64,000 bases of DNA from assembly GCA_010909165.1 (NCBI GenBank), contig MU008160.1:620001-684000 (forward strand). The letters are read 5' to 3'. The stretch is from Anthoceros angustus (lineage: Eukaryota; Plantae; Anthocerotophyta). Position 1 is the stretch's first letter. The number at the start of each line of letters is the position of its first letter. Under the pieces are notes generated by a model. That model had not been told where the DNA came from. It did not search any database and saw nothing but the letters and a program-made list of their open reading frames with translations. The position numbers were made by a program, and so were the translations under genes. Below, piece after piece: positions 49,601 to 64,000 of the stretch.

Positions 49601-50722
49601 CCACCTCAACCTAAGCTTCCTCGAAGTCCATATAACGGCTATCATATAGAAGAACCAAATCGGCCAGAAACCATTTGCCTTGAATTGTGGAGTTGTCTTT
49701 CAATGCCGAATATTGAAGTAGGATGTAAGAGACTCAATCAGTTGAGGAAATGAGTTCTATCGACCAACTCCAAAGGACATCCATACCGAAGTTATGAAGT
49801 TTTCAAGGAGAAACACCTTTGCCCGAGGCACATCATCCTTCCCTGGTTGCCCCAAATTTTCTACCATTTTTGTGCATTAGTCCGTAGCAAAATATCGCTT
49901 CCTTATCCATTTTGTGGGTGGCTTGATTAGACCCACAAAGTCTATGCCCCACTTCTTGAAAGGTGCCAAAGCTACGTAGGATTTAAGTAAGAGGCCATCG
50001 TGGTCGACAAGGTCGGCCTCCCAACCTGCTGGCATGCATCACACCTCGGAATAAAATCCCAAACATCTCTCGCATCATAGCCCACCAAAAGCCCGTGCAT
50101 CCGTGGATCTTCACCATGATTTGTACCAAGAATGGCTCCAACAAAGCTTCTATGACAAAAGAGGGTTCCTTCTCTTCCAAACAACATCGAATCTTCTCAT
50201 CCGTACCAAGATTGTATAAGACCCCATCTCTTAGACAATAAGGCGCGATTTGTGAAGAAAAACAAGACGCCCTTCACTTGACAAGCCATCAAGCATAATT
50301 CCGTGATCTAAGAATTTTCCTTCCTCACCATTCAACAAATAACATGGACATGGGGTCCTTCATGTTCGATCTCTCCTTCCATGCACACCTTGCCATTTCT
50401 AGTTGGCTCACCGGTGGATGTTGATGCCGTGGCCACACTCGCCTCAACTTGGCTTGCAAAACTAGCTCTCCCACACGCCGACGTACTGCAGTATCCGTGT
50501 ATGCGCAAGTCGCCGACGTGCATCTCTCGACGCCGCCACCCCATCTTCATGCTCCCTAGTCTCATGACTAGCCAAAATTGCGATCTAGCGATCTCCTCAC
50601 TTTTGTGTTTTCTTGGCAAGAACTTCTCTGACCTTGGACCCATCGACACCCTTTCTTGCAACTCCACTGCAAGCACACCTAGGTGTGGTCTCTCCACAAT
50701 CCTCCATACCGGCATGGCTAAG

Positions 50723-53700
50723 TGTGGGCTATGGACTTCCCTTGGGGGTAGGAATTAAGTGGGGCTTTGTTTTTGGTAGGTTGGAATAGTAAAATAAGGC
50801 GGAAAAGGAGGAATAAGCACGGATGGCGCTCGGTGGACTCCGGAGTATACTCGGACTCGGTGGGCAACGTGCCGGACCACCATGGCGAGCACGGACTACG
50901 TCGGTGTGGATAAGTCCGGACCCACTCGGGTCAAAAGCAGGATAAATCGTCGCCCGAAAGTAACTTAGAAGTTGAGTCGTGAGAGGACTAAGCGGCGCCA
51001 CGTGGGCCACAGTGGAGGTCGGGCATGCAGCGAGTCGGGTAGCCTTGCAGGCCGTTATAGCGGTATTCACGCCCGAGCAGCGTAAGGCAATCTGTGGCGT
51101 AAGGCGAGTAAGCGGGCGTGGGTCGAGTAAGCCATGCGAGACCTCGCGATTCTGACGAGGGAAGAGGCGCCTTCCGCCCGGTTACTCCAGCGCGGCCGAA
51201 GAGGAGGTCATTTCTGGACCTCGAGACAATTCGCGGTCTCTTGCGCTCCAACCCGGCTCTCTGGCGCTATCTCTTTGAGAGCATCTTCGGCTCCGTCGGG
51301 TTGGGCGTGACAGCGGAGGCGCGCTCGTGCGGACTCGGCCGGCGGCTCGGCCGAGGGAGAAGAAAGGCGATGGCACCCAAAAGGCTGCGGAGGTGCAGGA
51401 GCCATGGAACACAGTAGGCGCAACATTGTGACCCGCTATCCGGACTTTGGGCCTGGTGGAGGAAGCGGATTAGTCAGTGGCACTTGGATGTGTTCAGTGC
51501 AGACGTTTGATGTCGCTCTGTCGGGAGTTCGCCGGGAAGATGTTGGCGGCCAACAAGGAGGTTCGGTCAAGAACCTCGGGAGGATCTAGGCGATGGACCT
51601 TGGAGGTCTGAGGCGACCTACAACCGCCCAAAGGAGGAAGAAGGCGTGGTTCGAGCCCCTCAAGGCGAAGGGAAAGATAGGGCGCCAGCGCCAGGGCACA
51701 GGAGCCGCGGCGGACAACCAATGGTTGATATCGGACCTTGACGGTAGAGTAAGCGTGGATCATTGTCCATTGGAACACCGCTCACCAAGGTGGATCACCT
51801 TGGTGATAATTGTTAGTATTCAGCATGCGTTACGGGGAAGAGGCGGGTGAGGAAGGATTATCTTCGCCCGGTTCGTCAGGCCATGGTGAGGCGAAGCCCT
51901 CGCCATCGGGGCATCCCCATACATTCATGTATGGGGACATTTGAGCTCTGAAGGAGGGAGAGAGATCGGGCGCTCGGAAGTGGAGGCCTGCGGGAAGTGG
52001 GCGTGCAAGGCGCCCGAGGTGGGGGCCGACCCCCTAAGGCCAAAGCGGACCGGGAGGAGGGCGGGAGGATTGGGACTCCATACGTCTGGAGCGGACCCCC
52101 TCACCACCCAGGAAGTATGGGAAGAAATCCCGCTTCCCTTCTCCGTGCCTCCTCGGAGCAACCAGCGGCGGGAGGAGCAGCGGAGGGAGTTGGCGGTTGC
52201 GGCTCCGTGCCCAGCCGACAGCCGAGCCCGCCGGACTCGGCGGGAAGCGCAAGGCAGCGTCTACCAGCACCTCGGGCGGTGCGGTGCCCTTACCCCTTGC
52301 AGTGAGGTGAAGAGGCGGTGGGAGGCGAGAAAGGGCCCGCGCTCAAGGAGCGAGGTCAGCGGCCGCCAGTCGATCTGTCCCCGACAGGAAGGGGCAAAGG
52401 CTAGCTCCGGACCCCTCACCTCAAGCCCAGGCGAAGAGGGCAAATAAAGGCTGGCGGCCAAGAGGGCCAAGGAGGTGGCTCGGGAGCTCGGCACTCGGGA
52501 CCTAAGGGTCTGATTAGGTCGAACCCAGTCGGACTTACTCGACTGCGGTATGGAGGTCCTTGGCGGACCGAAATGCCCGCTCCCTCACGGACTTTGTGGG
52601 GTCTCACGATGTGGCCGTGGAAGAAACACGGCGGGTCACAGCTCGTCATGGACGGTATGCTTTGGGGTCTCTGCCGAAGACCCGGAGGTAGAAGCCACCG
52701 GGCGTATGGTGCTCCTCCGGGAGGCGGTTGGAGGCCGGGAGGCAGGAGGAAGGCGAAGCTCGGCCGCATCGAGAAGAAGCAGGGAGGCCGAGAGGAAGTG
52801 GTCCATCAAGCGGGACGGACTAAATTCCTTCAGTGGGTGGCGGTGGCGAGCCTGAGGAGGCCCAAGCAGGCGGAAGACCTCTGAGCGGAGGAGTAAGCGC
52901 GGCGGGAGGCGAAGAGGCCGGGCGCAAGCGGAGCTCGTGACTGGCGGGCGGCGGACCCGGGCGCCAAATGGGCGGCTCAGTGAAAGCGGCAAAGGCGGGC
53001 GCTAAGAGGCCCGTGATCACTATCGCGTGATCGGAACCCGGTGGAGGAGGCAGCGAGGATAGCTGCTAACTGAAGAAGAGGCGAGGCGGCGGGCAGTGCA
53101 GGCCAGCCATGCAGGAGGAGGAAGCCGAGCAAGGAGATGGAGGATCTCGGTCTCATTGTGGTGGAACGCCAGCGGAGATGGAAGACCAAGGAGACCACAG
53201 GCTGCGGCTCAAGTTACCATTGAGAGGAATGGTAGTCTGCGGGCGTGATCGCGGATCACGAGAAATAAGCTCGGCTCACGGGCGGAGGAATGCGGCGATG
53301 GAGCGAGGCGGGGCGTCGCGAAATGGAGAAGGACACAGGCGAGGCCGCATGAGCGAGTTGCCCACTTTGGAGAGGAGATGGCGGAGTTAACGGCCGGAAT
53401 GAGCGGAGGAGGCGAGCGCTGGGCCTTGAGAAAAATTCTGGTCCGATTGAGAAAGGCGGAAGGGCAGCTGCGCTATGGTAAGCTAGCGGGCGGAAGCAGC
53501 GGGGCTGAGCGGTGAACAGCGGCGGCGGTGCGAGGGCAGGCCGCCCTTGTAGCCTCGCGTGTCTGCCCGGCTCCAATCAAACTGGCGGTGGCCCAACAAG
53601 CGGGGCCGCCCGGGCACCTATGGCGAAGGGGTATCGGGTGCTCGGGCACACGTGGAAGAGGCAATTCGGAGTTGATTCGGACTTTGCCTATTACCACGCT

Positions 53701-54934
53701 GAGCTCCTTAAGACATTGGCGACCTCGGCCGCTCGACGGACCCTGGAAGGCTCGAAGGGATGAAGGGCATGGGCAGGGACTCTAGTGGCCTGTTTGGAGG
53801 CAGTAGCGGGGAGAAGAGCATCGAGGAGGCGGGGCAGCGGCCGATACAACCCGGTAAGTCGGCGCAGCACTGCTCGGGAAGATAGGCGGGGGCCTTGAAG
53901 AGTGGAAGGAGGAAGCCGACCCAAGACAAGGGTCGGTGGGAAGGATGAGGACCTAGCGATGAGGTCCGAGTAAGGGTCGGAGCTTGGGGCGGACCCGTGT
54001 GATCGGACCTTGAGGTCGAACCCCGAAGATGAGCCGGACCCAGTGAGGCCGGACTCGGGGAAGGCGACTCAAGTTGACTCGGGGTCGAGGCCGGACCTCG
54101 GTCCGGACTCGAAATGAGAGGAGTCCCCTCAGGCTTACGTTGGGGAAGCGACAGTCGGTGGCCCCTAGGAGGGACCTTTGGGGCGAGAAGCAGCGTTGTA
54201 ATGTGCGGTGGTCGACCGCCGCCGGTAACAACGGCGAGATTCGGGAAGAGGAAGGGTCCCCCGGATCATCCGATTGTGCGCCTTGTCGGTAGGAGATTGG
54301 ACCACCAATCCAGTGAACCGGGACCTTCCAGCCGAAGAAGGAGATAGGAGGGAGGAATAGGATGGTAGGCGGCGATTAAGGCGTCTTGAGCCACGGCTCG
54401 AATAGAAATGTAATAAAGCGCCGACCTCCGGCAGTATAAGAGTGAGGCACTCTAAAGTATCTTTCTCTTGGTGATCTGGCGTTTCTTGACCCTTGTCGTC
54501 TTCTTGCTAACGTGAGTCTGAGTCACTGGCGAGCACGCGACCGGAGAGGCGATCAAGGTTACGGTAGCGGACCCTAACGTATGGTGGTGTAGAGAAGGGT
54601 GGCGGACCCGTGAATTCGTCAAAGCGGTGAATCAACGGGCAGTGGTGGAGGACTCGAGGCGTGGGCCGGACGGAGGCCGTGAGGGCCGGTAGCGCGTTTT
54701 CCTAAGGTAGATGTAGTGTGAGTGGAGAAGAAGCGGACTAGAGGTGCAAGTGAAACGTGAGCGTCTCATGACGTCCTAAGCGTTTGGCCACACGGGCCTG
54801 TCGGTGAAACGTTGCGAGTATTAGATGCGCGGCCCGGCGAATGTATGCGTTGAAGGCGAGGACGCAAAGTGAAGTAAGAATCGCGAAGCGCAGCAAGCGA
54901 CCTATCATTCCTTGGGAACGGACTCCTTCTGACA
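50723..54934 (+). mobile_element. Mirror copy of Gypsy element B
   Basis: Reverse complement of 24554-28765. Confidence 0.75.
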
Positions 54935-57883
54935 GGATTGTGCGCTGGCGTCCGGTCGGCGCCACACTAAGCCATCCTTGCTCCGGCTCCAGCTCACGTA
55001 CCTCCCAGACACCATTTTTGCATGCCGCTTTTCCTTTCTCCAAAGTGATTTCTTTTTCTCCATCGCTCTTGCCACCATCGCCACTTGCACTCCCACTACG
55101 CCCTCGATTGCTCACCCTAAAAGGCACTCCTGTCCTCCACCGTTGATGCTCCTTTACTTCATCTTGAACTCTTAGATTATTACATGCAACCAAACCACAA
55201 ACCTGCGTTTATGGACACTTGGCCCTTCCCTTGCACCTCTTGCCGTACAACTTCAATCACACTTGTACTTTGCTCATGACCCTCTCCTTCCAATCGTGGT
55301 CTCCTCAACTCCTTGTCATGAAATCTGTATAGCCACAATCCGCTCTCTAGTTTTCACACGAGAAATAAAATCGCATTCACATCCTGCTTCCCAATTTCTT
55401 AAACTCTTCCATCTCTCATTCTTGAAATCTTTACCTTGCCGATTCTAGCTCTAAGTCTTCTATGGCATTTGGATCTACATCGTTCCCTGACTCCAACCTA
55501 TGCTATCCGAACCTTTATCAGAAAATTCATATCATAGGCCTTGCTTTGTGAAAGCTACATATACAGCGATCGTGGTGGTACTCTCTCCAAGGAACCATAA
55601 ATCCTTTCTACATAATCATACAAAGGTTCCCTCCTCTTCAAAGTCCTCAGCCGGCGTGTGATGCATAACTCTTCGGGCCACATAATTAAAATGCAGCTTT
55701 CAAATCATCCCAATCGGTGGTGAGTGCAGCCCCATAGGTACGACTATACCGAGTGCATGACTTTGAAGCACTCAGAAAAATTCGAGACCTATGACCTGAG
55801 GCTTCTAAATTTACATGAGACACATGTTCAAAAGTTCACACAAAAGCCTGGCGTCTTCACCTCGTTATTCTCCCCAAATTTTACATATTCTTTGGCGGCT
55901 ATGGGGTCGACTCCCACCTCCTTCCTCCACTCATGGTTGAGGCGTCCTGAGCGGCTACTCCGGCTCCTCCTCAGGACTCCAACCACTACCGGGGAGAGGT
56001 GTTTTACAAAACCCTTTGCAAATCTCCCAATCTTCTGACTCTAAACACCTCCGTTATAAATTGGTTTAGTTTCATTTGGTGTGGCAAGTTTTAAGACTCG
56101 GTTCTGACGGGTTTCTAGTTGGATGATGTGGCACTCTTTTGGGTGCTCATTTACAACAACATTCATGATGGCTCTCCATTGTCATAACGTTGTAAAGCTT
56201 TTTTCAAATTTGATCTTTATTTTCTAAAATCTTTATTAACATCTCTAATCACAAAAATATGATTGGAAGCCATTTACAACATGCGATGACGTGGCTCCCT
56301 TGTTGTAGATTACGTTGTAAAGCCTTTTCTCAAAATTTGTTCTTTATTTCTTCAAAATAAAGAACAAATTTTGAGAAAAGGCTTTTAAAAAAGATGATAT
56401 TTATTGTAGATTACGCTTGTAAGCCTTTTTCTCCAAATATTATTATTATTATCTAAGATATTTATTAATAAACCCAAAAAATATGATTGGAGGCCATTTA
56501 TGAAGATGATTTACTTGAGGTGAAGAACGATGGAAAGAGACCATCTAGGAAGGACAACAAATGGGGACCCGGGGTGAGTGAAGAGAATGCTCCCTAAAGT
56601 GACCAAGCTGCACCACAATGTCATATCACAGGTAGAATAAGCGCAGCAAACCAGAGGAAGGCATCACCACCGTCGCCATGGAGAATCCGTTGAGGCGGCT
56701 GAAAACAATAAACCAGCCGGAGTATCTTTGTGATCACAGGAGACGCCACACTATACTGCTGCATGGTAGCTTTGGCACAAGACTTGATAGATTTGTCAAA
56801 GTCCTCGACCATTGCCATCGTTTCTAGAGCAAGCGGGATAAAAGGTGGCCCGCTTGCATCCTGCTCTTGCGGACCTTGAGAGGCGGCTGCAGCGGCACGC
56901 TGGGCGGTTGGTGATGACACAGGCGGAGGTGGCGTCACGTCGGTCGTGTAACCACTACATCCGCCACCACACACAGTCGCCACGGACAAGGTATAAGTCC
57001 GATTGAGCGACGTAAGAAGAGTATACTCCGCTCCCTCCGGGCCATATAGCCACTTTCGCGAGCAATGGCAAACATGGCGTCACGGATGGCGTCATGGTGT
57101 GGCGATGACCCGTGGGGACAACGAGCAAGGTGGACACGAGGCGTCAGGCGAGCCGCACTCACAAGTGAGGCGAAGAAGCCCTGCCGGTGGAGTAGGCGAG
57201 GCAGATCGCATCGCGATAGTGAAGGTGGTTGGTGCGATGTGAAATCCCGTATGCATGGGCGGGCGGTGGCCAACACACTCCCTTCCGAACAAAAGGGCGC
57301 TCTAGTGGACACAGAGATGGAGGGTCACGGAGGGCGGAAAAGCTGGCCGAGGCTTCTCGGCGAGATGCACACAATCCCTAAAGCCATCGATGATAAATGT
57401 AGAAAGGAGGAAGTCCTTAGAGCATCTGCGATAACATGTCTACGCTGCCTCAGGGCGATTGGAGAAGGTTCCCTCCTCACACTTGATCGAGATCCTCGAG
57501 AAAGGGCTTGTCATGGAGGATGAAGCAGGAAGCCAAGGCGAGGCGGAGGGCCCAACTCCCCAAGCCGTGGGAAGAGACCTCGATGAGGCGATCCTCGCCT
57601 CCAAATTGCAGGCGGGGATGCTTGCCCGGTGAGCAGTCGCCCCAGGCACTCAAAAGCCCCAGGCCCAGATGTCCCCAAGAGTATCCATAATCTTATTATC
57701 AAACCCGGGCCGGGACAAAGGGCCAGGCAGGCGGCGTCTGAATGAGGTACCAGGCGCCTAGCAAAAGCGAAGGAAAGGATTCCAAAGGCCACAGGCATCC
57801 TCCGACAAGGAGGTCTTCAATAGGAGAGGTCCTCTGCAAGGGCCTTGTGACTTTTCTTGATGGCCAGCAGTAGCGCACAATCC

Positions 57884-60800
57884 GTCGCGTTGTAGGAAGA
57901 AGTCCGTTCCAAAGGAATGATAGGCCCCGTTTACGCGTTCGGGTGATTCTCATCCTTAGCGCTATTAGGTCTCAACTCACACACATACTCTAACTACTCT
58001 GCGTTTCACCGTCTGGGCCGGTATGGCCAAGCGTTTAGACCGTTCGTCCGTATCGTTCATACATCCTCACGCATCCGGTCCTTTCCTCTCTCCTCACTTC
58101 TCTTGATCTTAGAAAAAAGGGCGTTCTGATCCGGACCTCCTCCGTTCCGCGGGCCTCTCGTCAGGCTCTACACACCTCCAGTTCCTCCGGCTCCGCGTTC
58201 AGTCCATTCGGTGCGGACGCGGCTCGGACGAGCACGGTCGTGATCACCTTCCTGCACACCACAGCGTTAAGTCCGTCACGGGACCTTGATCAATCTCCGG
58301 GTGTGCACCTTTCGGTGACTCGGGACTCACGTTGTGAAGACTCACAAGGTGCAGGCAGGCATCAACACCAAGAAAGATGCTTTACTACAGCCTCGGCCCT
58401 CTTATCTGCGCCCAAGGTGGCGTCTTTATTACACCCTATTACGGTGATAGCCAGCTCGGTATACCCTAATCGACGCCTACATCTTCTCCCCTATCTCGGT
58501 AGAAGAAGGTCCACAGGCCCTCGGAATGGGTGGTCAATCCCCGTCACAGGTTGTGGTGCAATCGGATGATCCGTGGCGGGCCCCTCCTCTCCGGAATGCC
58601 GGGTTGGGCTCTGCGTGATCGACGCCCGTTACCTCTCACTGGCCTCCAGGTCCAGCGGTGGGGCCACCCTCGGCTCCCCTAGCGTAAGTCGAGGGGCTCC
58701 TCCTTCTTGCCGCGGCCCGGTCCTCGAGGTCTCTCGACTCACGAACCCGAGTCCGGCTTCACAGGTCGGCCGGCTAGGTCCGACCTTGTCTGCGGGGTCC
58801 GGACCTCGGGGTCAGTTGTGCAGTCCGGACTTGAGGTCGGACTGTAGTCGGACTTGGTCGGACTTATTCTGGGGTGGACGGTCGCCTCCCCTCGTCCGGA
58901 CAAAGTCGGACTCCATCACCGGGTTTCCTCCCTCACAGGACTCCTCCGTGGCTCTCCTCAGTCCTCCTGTTCCCGATCGCCTGACTCGCCGTTGGCCCCT
59001 CCTTCCATGGTGAGGTCGGGGTGCTTACCTCGATCGCATCCGCTCCCTCGTTGCTCCTCCGGTTGCTCCTCTCCGCGCTCCGTCATCTCAAGCAGGCCAC
59101 TAGGGTCACTGTCTCCCGTGGCCTTCATCTCCTTCCACAGGCCTTCCGAGGTCCGTCCCGTTTCTGAGTCGAGGCTTCTCGCCCGGGCTCGTGGTAATAG
59201 GCAAAGTGCAGATCGACTTGTTGAATTGCCTCTTCCACGTGTGCGGGCACCGATACTCCCTCCGCCATAAGTGTTCGAGGCGTCTTTTCGGCTTGTTGGG
59301 CCACCTCTCCTGCCGGTTGGCGGTGGCAGGCGTATCACGCGAGGCTACAAGGCGGCCTCGGTCACCTCCTGCATTGCAGCTGTTGCTCACTGCTCCGGCT
59401 CCGTCGTTTCCTTTCCGCCCGGCTTACCGCCATAGCGGCGTTCCCTTCCGCCTTTCGGTGGACGGCGGCTTCTTTTACCTTCGTGCTCGCGCTCCTCCGT
59501 TCATTCGGCCTTTAGCTCCGGCTCCCTCTCCAGGCGGTGAGATACCTCCGTCCAGGACTTCCTCCGGCTCACGCAGCGTCCAACTCCTTGGATGATGGCG
59601 ATTTTCCTCCGTCTTGAGACGGGCGGGCTTACTCTTTTGCTCGAGTCGTGGATTCTCGTTGAGAATCACTGCTTCTCAAGCGCATCTTGGGTTGTAGCTC
59701 GGCGTGTCCTTCTTTGTCCTCCATGCCCGCCTCCTTCTCTGCGGTGTGCTCGAGATCCCTATCTCCCGAGTGCGCCTGCCTCCATAGCCTTTGTCTAGCC
59801 AGGTTCTCGGTACTGTCGACTCTTTCCACCGGTTCGATCCGTCAGTGATCCCGGTCGCTCTTTGCCCGGCTTCACTCGCCGCCTTTGCGCGGCTTCTCTG
59901 GCGGGCCGCCTCCGCGGTCGAGCTCTCTCGCCTCGGGCCTCTTCCGCCACCCGTTTCCTTCGATCGGCGGGGACTCCACTTTCCTTTGCCCCTCGGCCTT
60001 CACTTGCTCTTGGGTTCCACCATCCTCCTCCGGGTGGCCTCCACTTCCACAGGTCTTCTCCATTTGGCCACACGAGACCCCAAAGCATTCCGTCCATAAT
60101 ATGGCGGGACTTCGCGTGTTTCTTCCACGGCGTGCTGTGAGGCCCCCACAAAGTCCGTGGTGGAGCGGCATTTCTCGATAAGGACCTCCATACCATGATC
60201 CGGAGTAAGTCGGTGGACTCGTCATCGGGACCCTCGGGTCCAGTGGTAGTCCGGTCTCACCCTCTTTGGCCCTCGCCTCTAACTCCTTTGCCCTCTTTCT
60301 GGGCTCGGAGGAGGTGAGGTCAGGAACAGCTCTTTTGCCCCGCTGGGGGAGAGACCGCTCGAGGATGGGCTGCGCGATGACCTCCTGCTCCTTGCCAGCT
60401 TGTAGAAGCTTCTAGGCGGGAAGGCGCCCTCGTGGGTGCATGGCTACGCCCTACGACCCTACGCTTCCGGCGCTACGCCCGCCCTTGGGGCGTGAATACC
60501 CTTATAACCGGCGGTTCGGTCAGCCTCACTGCATGCGACCTCCGCCACTCACGTGGCGCCCCGCCTGCGTCATCCTCACGCCCCCTCCTGGGTTACTTTC
60601 CTGGCGTACTTATCCTTGACCGGGTGGGTTCCGGACTTATCCGTTACTCCGGCGTAGTCCGGGCTTCCATAGTGGTACAAAGGTCCGTTGTTCACTCAGT
60701 CCGGAGTACTCAGCCTCGTCCGGCGCTACCCCAATTTATTCCTCCTTTCCGCCTTATTTATCCTTCAATCCTAAAAAAAGCGAAACCCTACTTATTTCCT

Positions 60801-61228
60801 AACTCCCGAGTACCGCCCACATACTCCCCTTCTCATACATTGGCGTCTCCGCCAACACTAAGCATGATATCTTCTTCACCACCCGTTTGAGTGGGCAGCT
60901 CTCCATCTAGTGTCGTGGCTGGGCGGACCCGTTGTCATATACTTGCACCACTTGATACGGACCCATCCATCTCGGTGAAGTTTGCAGAAAATGCATGTGT
61001 GACTATCATAAAGGAGGGCGGTCCCCTTCCTTTACATACTCGATTCATGATCGGCGATCGTGCAAATCTTCTGGTTTTACCAATGCATCTTCAATTTGAG
61101 CTTCTTCCACATCCTCACCTTTGCACAAACCCCAAGAGTCGCCGAGTTGGCTTTCCTCCTCGGATCTCCCTTCCATCATTACTCGAAAGTGGGCACTTCA
61201 AACTCTCGGCATTACGGGAGTGTCCGTG
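57884..61228 (-). mobile_element. Third traversal of Gypsy element A (3' LTR to integrase C-terminus)
   Basis: Reverse complement of 18260-21604. Confidence 0.78.
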
Positions 61229-64000
61229 TGTAAGGTATTAAGCCCAATGTACTTAGACTAATACACTTAGTCTAAGTTAGGTGTCGATTAAGTATCATTA
61301 GTTTAGCTTAAGCTAATCACTAGGAAGCTTCTTGTGCTCCTTCCTAGGAGCTTCTTGTGGAGCTTCCTAGGGAATATTGGAGGTATAAATACCCTCCAAG
61401 CCTCATCTCAATGTGAGAGAGCTACTCTTGCCTCCTCCTCTCCTCTCCTTCCACCATGGCTGCCCACGATCCTTCAAGCGGTATCGAGCCATGGTTTGGT
61501 TGTGTTGTGATGCTAGAATTTTCTAGCTGCGGGGCGGCAGCTCGTGGGGTGATCCGATCGCGGCGAGGGCGCAGCGCGCGCGCGGATGAGGCGTGGGCAA
61601 GCCGCGACCGCGCGGGCGGGCGGCCGGCGAGGCCGTGCGGACCGCAGGCGAGCGCAGGCGGCGAGCCGCGGAGCGCGGCGGGCGGCGGGCCAGCGGCGGC
61701 CGCGGGCGCGGCGCGGGGCGGCGCGGGCCGGCGCGGGGCCGCGCGGCGCGGGGCCGCGAGCGGGGCCCGCAGCGGGCCTTGAGCGCGCAGGCCGGCCGGC
61801 CCGCGCGCGGCGCGGCCCAGCGCGCGCCCGCGGCGCGCGCGAGCAGCGTGCGCGGCGAGCCCAGCGGGCGCGGCGCCCACGGCCGGCGCGCGCGCAGCCC
61901 CGGGCCAGCGCGGCGCGGCGCCCCGGCCGAGGCCCCGGGCCGGCGCGGCGGCGGGGCGCAGCCAGGGGCCCAGGCCTTGCGCCGCGCCCGCAGCGCAGCC
62001 TTGGCCGCGGCCCGCCCGGCGCGCGGCTGGCCGCAGCGTGGCGCGCAGCGGGGGTGCGCGCCCGGCGCCGGCAGCGCGTCGCGCCGTGCGTCGGGCGCGG
62101 CGGTGGCGTGCGGGCGCGCGGTGGCGCGGTGCGTGGCGGGGCGGGGCCGGCGGGCGTGGCGGCCGCGGTTGAGTGCAGCGCGGTGGCGAGATCGTCGAGC
62201 GATTGGGATTACTCGGTGGAATCAACGGCAAAAGACACGGACCGTACGGTGGCTTTTTCTTCTTTGACTTTTCTAACAAGGCGAGTTGAGTGTTTTATCA
62301 GTATCGATTTTTGAGTCATGATGTCTTCATCATCGAAAGCGTCATGTTCAATATCGAGAAGTTAGATGGTACTAACTTCCCGTTCGGAAAGAACAAGTGT
62401 ATAATGTTCTAGTGCGAAAAGATCAAGCCCATAAAGTTGTTAGGCGTCAAACCGGATAGTATGACGGGATGAGTGGCGGGACTGGATGAGCTTGCTAGAT
62501 CTACTATCATGCTAACATTGTCAAAAGCGGTGTACTTCAATGTGAAAGATAAGACCACGAGTTACGGATGGCGTATGACTGTATGAGAAGCAAAGTGCGG
62601 CTTCTCGGTGTATTGGTTGAAGCATGGTGGACTTGAAGATGAAGGAAGGGACGAGGATGTCCGATCATCCGAATGATTTCAATACCATTTTCAGCCGACT
62701 CTCATCTCAAGGTATCACGTTCCCAGTTAGTGAGAGCTATGTTTCATGGTCACATTACGGAGAGTTGGGATACCTTCGTGCACTCGAGTAATTGCCTTTG
62801 CTAGTGGTCTTACCATTGTAAATGTAGAAGGTAGCACATTGGCGAGGAGGTGAGCAGGAAAAACATGGAACCTTCCAAAGGTTCCGTGCCCTCATAGTGA
62901 GAGGGAGGTCCACGCTGCGAAGGGAAGCAAGCAACGGAAGCTTTTCTCGTAGCAAATCTCGTAGTCGTAACAAGAATGTGGAGTGTCACTATTGTCACAA
63001 AGGGTCACTTCAAAAGAGAGTGCGAGAAGTTCAAAAGGACCAAGGAAAGAGAAGAAGCGGAGACAAGAAGGCGACTTTGCATCGGTTGGAAGAGTTAAAC
63101 TACGTTGAGGACGGAGATGTCCTTATCTCTTCTTACTTGAATCTTTAATTAACCGTGGATAGTCATTTATTACGCAATTGGATAATTGACTCGGTGCATC
63201 TTTCCATGTTACTCCTCATAGAGAGTGGTTTAACACGTATGATGCTACAAGGAAAGGATGCGTTAGGCTTGGAAATAACTATGCATGCGGATCGCAGCGT
63301 GGGTGATGTGCAACTCAAGTTTGACAACGGATCTTCATTCATCTTTGAAGGGCGTTAGGCATGTTCAAGTTGACAAAGAGCATGATTAGCGCGAGACGGT
63401 TGGATGATCTGGTTACTTCTTGGTTTGGGGATCACTCTTGGAAGATCTCCAAAGGTTCTCTTGTGTTAGCTCGTGGATCGAGTGTGGCACTTTGTACTCA
63501 CCAGTAAACACATCAAAGATCATGTGATCATGTGAGCAAAAATGTTTCCTTGTGGCATTGCGGTTAGGACATATGTCTCGAGAAGGGAATGAAGGTTTTA
63601 TCTCGTTACGGTTATATCCACTGCTTAACTTCTCGATCTCTCGATGTGTGAGCACTGTTTATATGGGAAGCAGACAAAATCATCACATCGAACGAGGTAA
63701 AGTAGAAGTAAACCTCTTGAGTTGGTTCACGGGTATGTGGACCTATGCCTCTGCATCATTAGGCGGTGCCTCTTATTTTGTCACTTTCATAGATGATTTC
63801 TCACGCAAGGTGTGGGTTTATCCTTTGAGGAAAAAGGATGAAGTTCGGCGGTGTTTGAAATTTGTCACCCTTGTAGAGAATCGATCCACCGATTGAAGTG
63901 TCTAAGGAGATAATGGTGGAGTATGTTTAGCTTTCCGGTCATTGATTCCAAGGAATCAAAAGAATTATTGTCTCCTCCACAAAATGGTGTGTGGCGGATG
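61229..64000 (+). mobile_element. Third traversal of the Copia element (5' LTR 61229-61476, gag, protease, start of integrase; cut by window end)
   Basis: Reverse complement of 15489-18259. Confidence 0.94.

Larger units (their letters stand above)
39840..64000. repeat. Right arm of giant near-perfect inverted repeat (runs off window end)
   Basis: Reverse complement of 15489-39648. Only difference found: T5 at 62254-62258 vs A4 at 17231-17234, which explains the different N-termini of the GC-rich ORFs. Confidence 0.99.

Noticed and set aside
15489-64000. Plastid-type inverted repeat (similar ~24 kb size)
   Set aside because: No rRNA operon, tRNAs or plastid genes; spacer is only 191 bp; contents are nuclear retroelements and a PPR gene.

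Overview
Eukaryotic nuclear DNA from a seed-free plant, most likely a fern (inferred from the PPR type). The 64 kb is not 64 kb of independent sequence: one ~27.4 kb locus (12301-39648) is traversed three times in alternating directions. There is a near-perfect fold-back at ~39744 (arms 15489-39648 and 39840-64000; 191-bp spacer; only one 1-bp difference found) and an imperfect, indel-rich fold-back at ~12293 (arms 1-12285 and 12301-24270; 15-bp spacer). Every coding region is broken by frequent 1-7 bp indels that look like noisy long-read error, so the architecture may be a read/assembly artefact rather than a genomic palindrome. The unique locus is a nest of LTR retrotransposons: a complete 5.1-kb Ty1/Copia element inserted in the integrase of a Ty3/Gypsy element, a second truncated member of that Gypsy family, and gag, pol and Copia fragments. 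It carries one host gene: an apparently intronless PLS-class PPR gene (~24 motifs, E1, E2) ending in a DYW:KP-type deaminase domain (KKPA...HAE...CSDC...GRP*), the class linked to reverse U-to-C organellar RNA editing. No rRNA, tRNA or CRISPR array is supportable.
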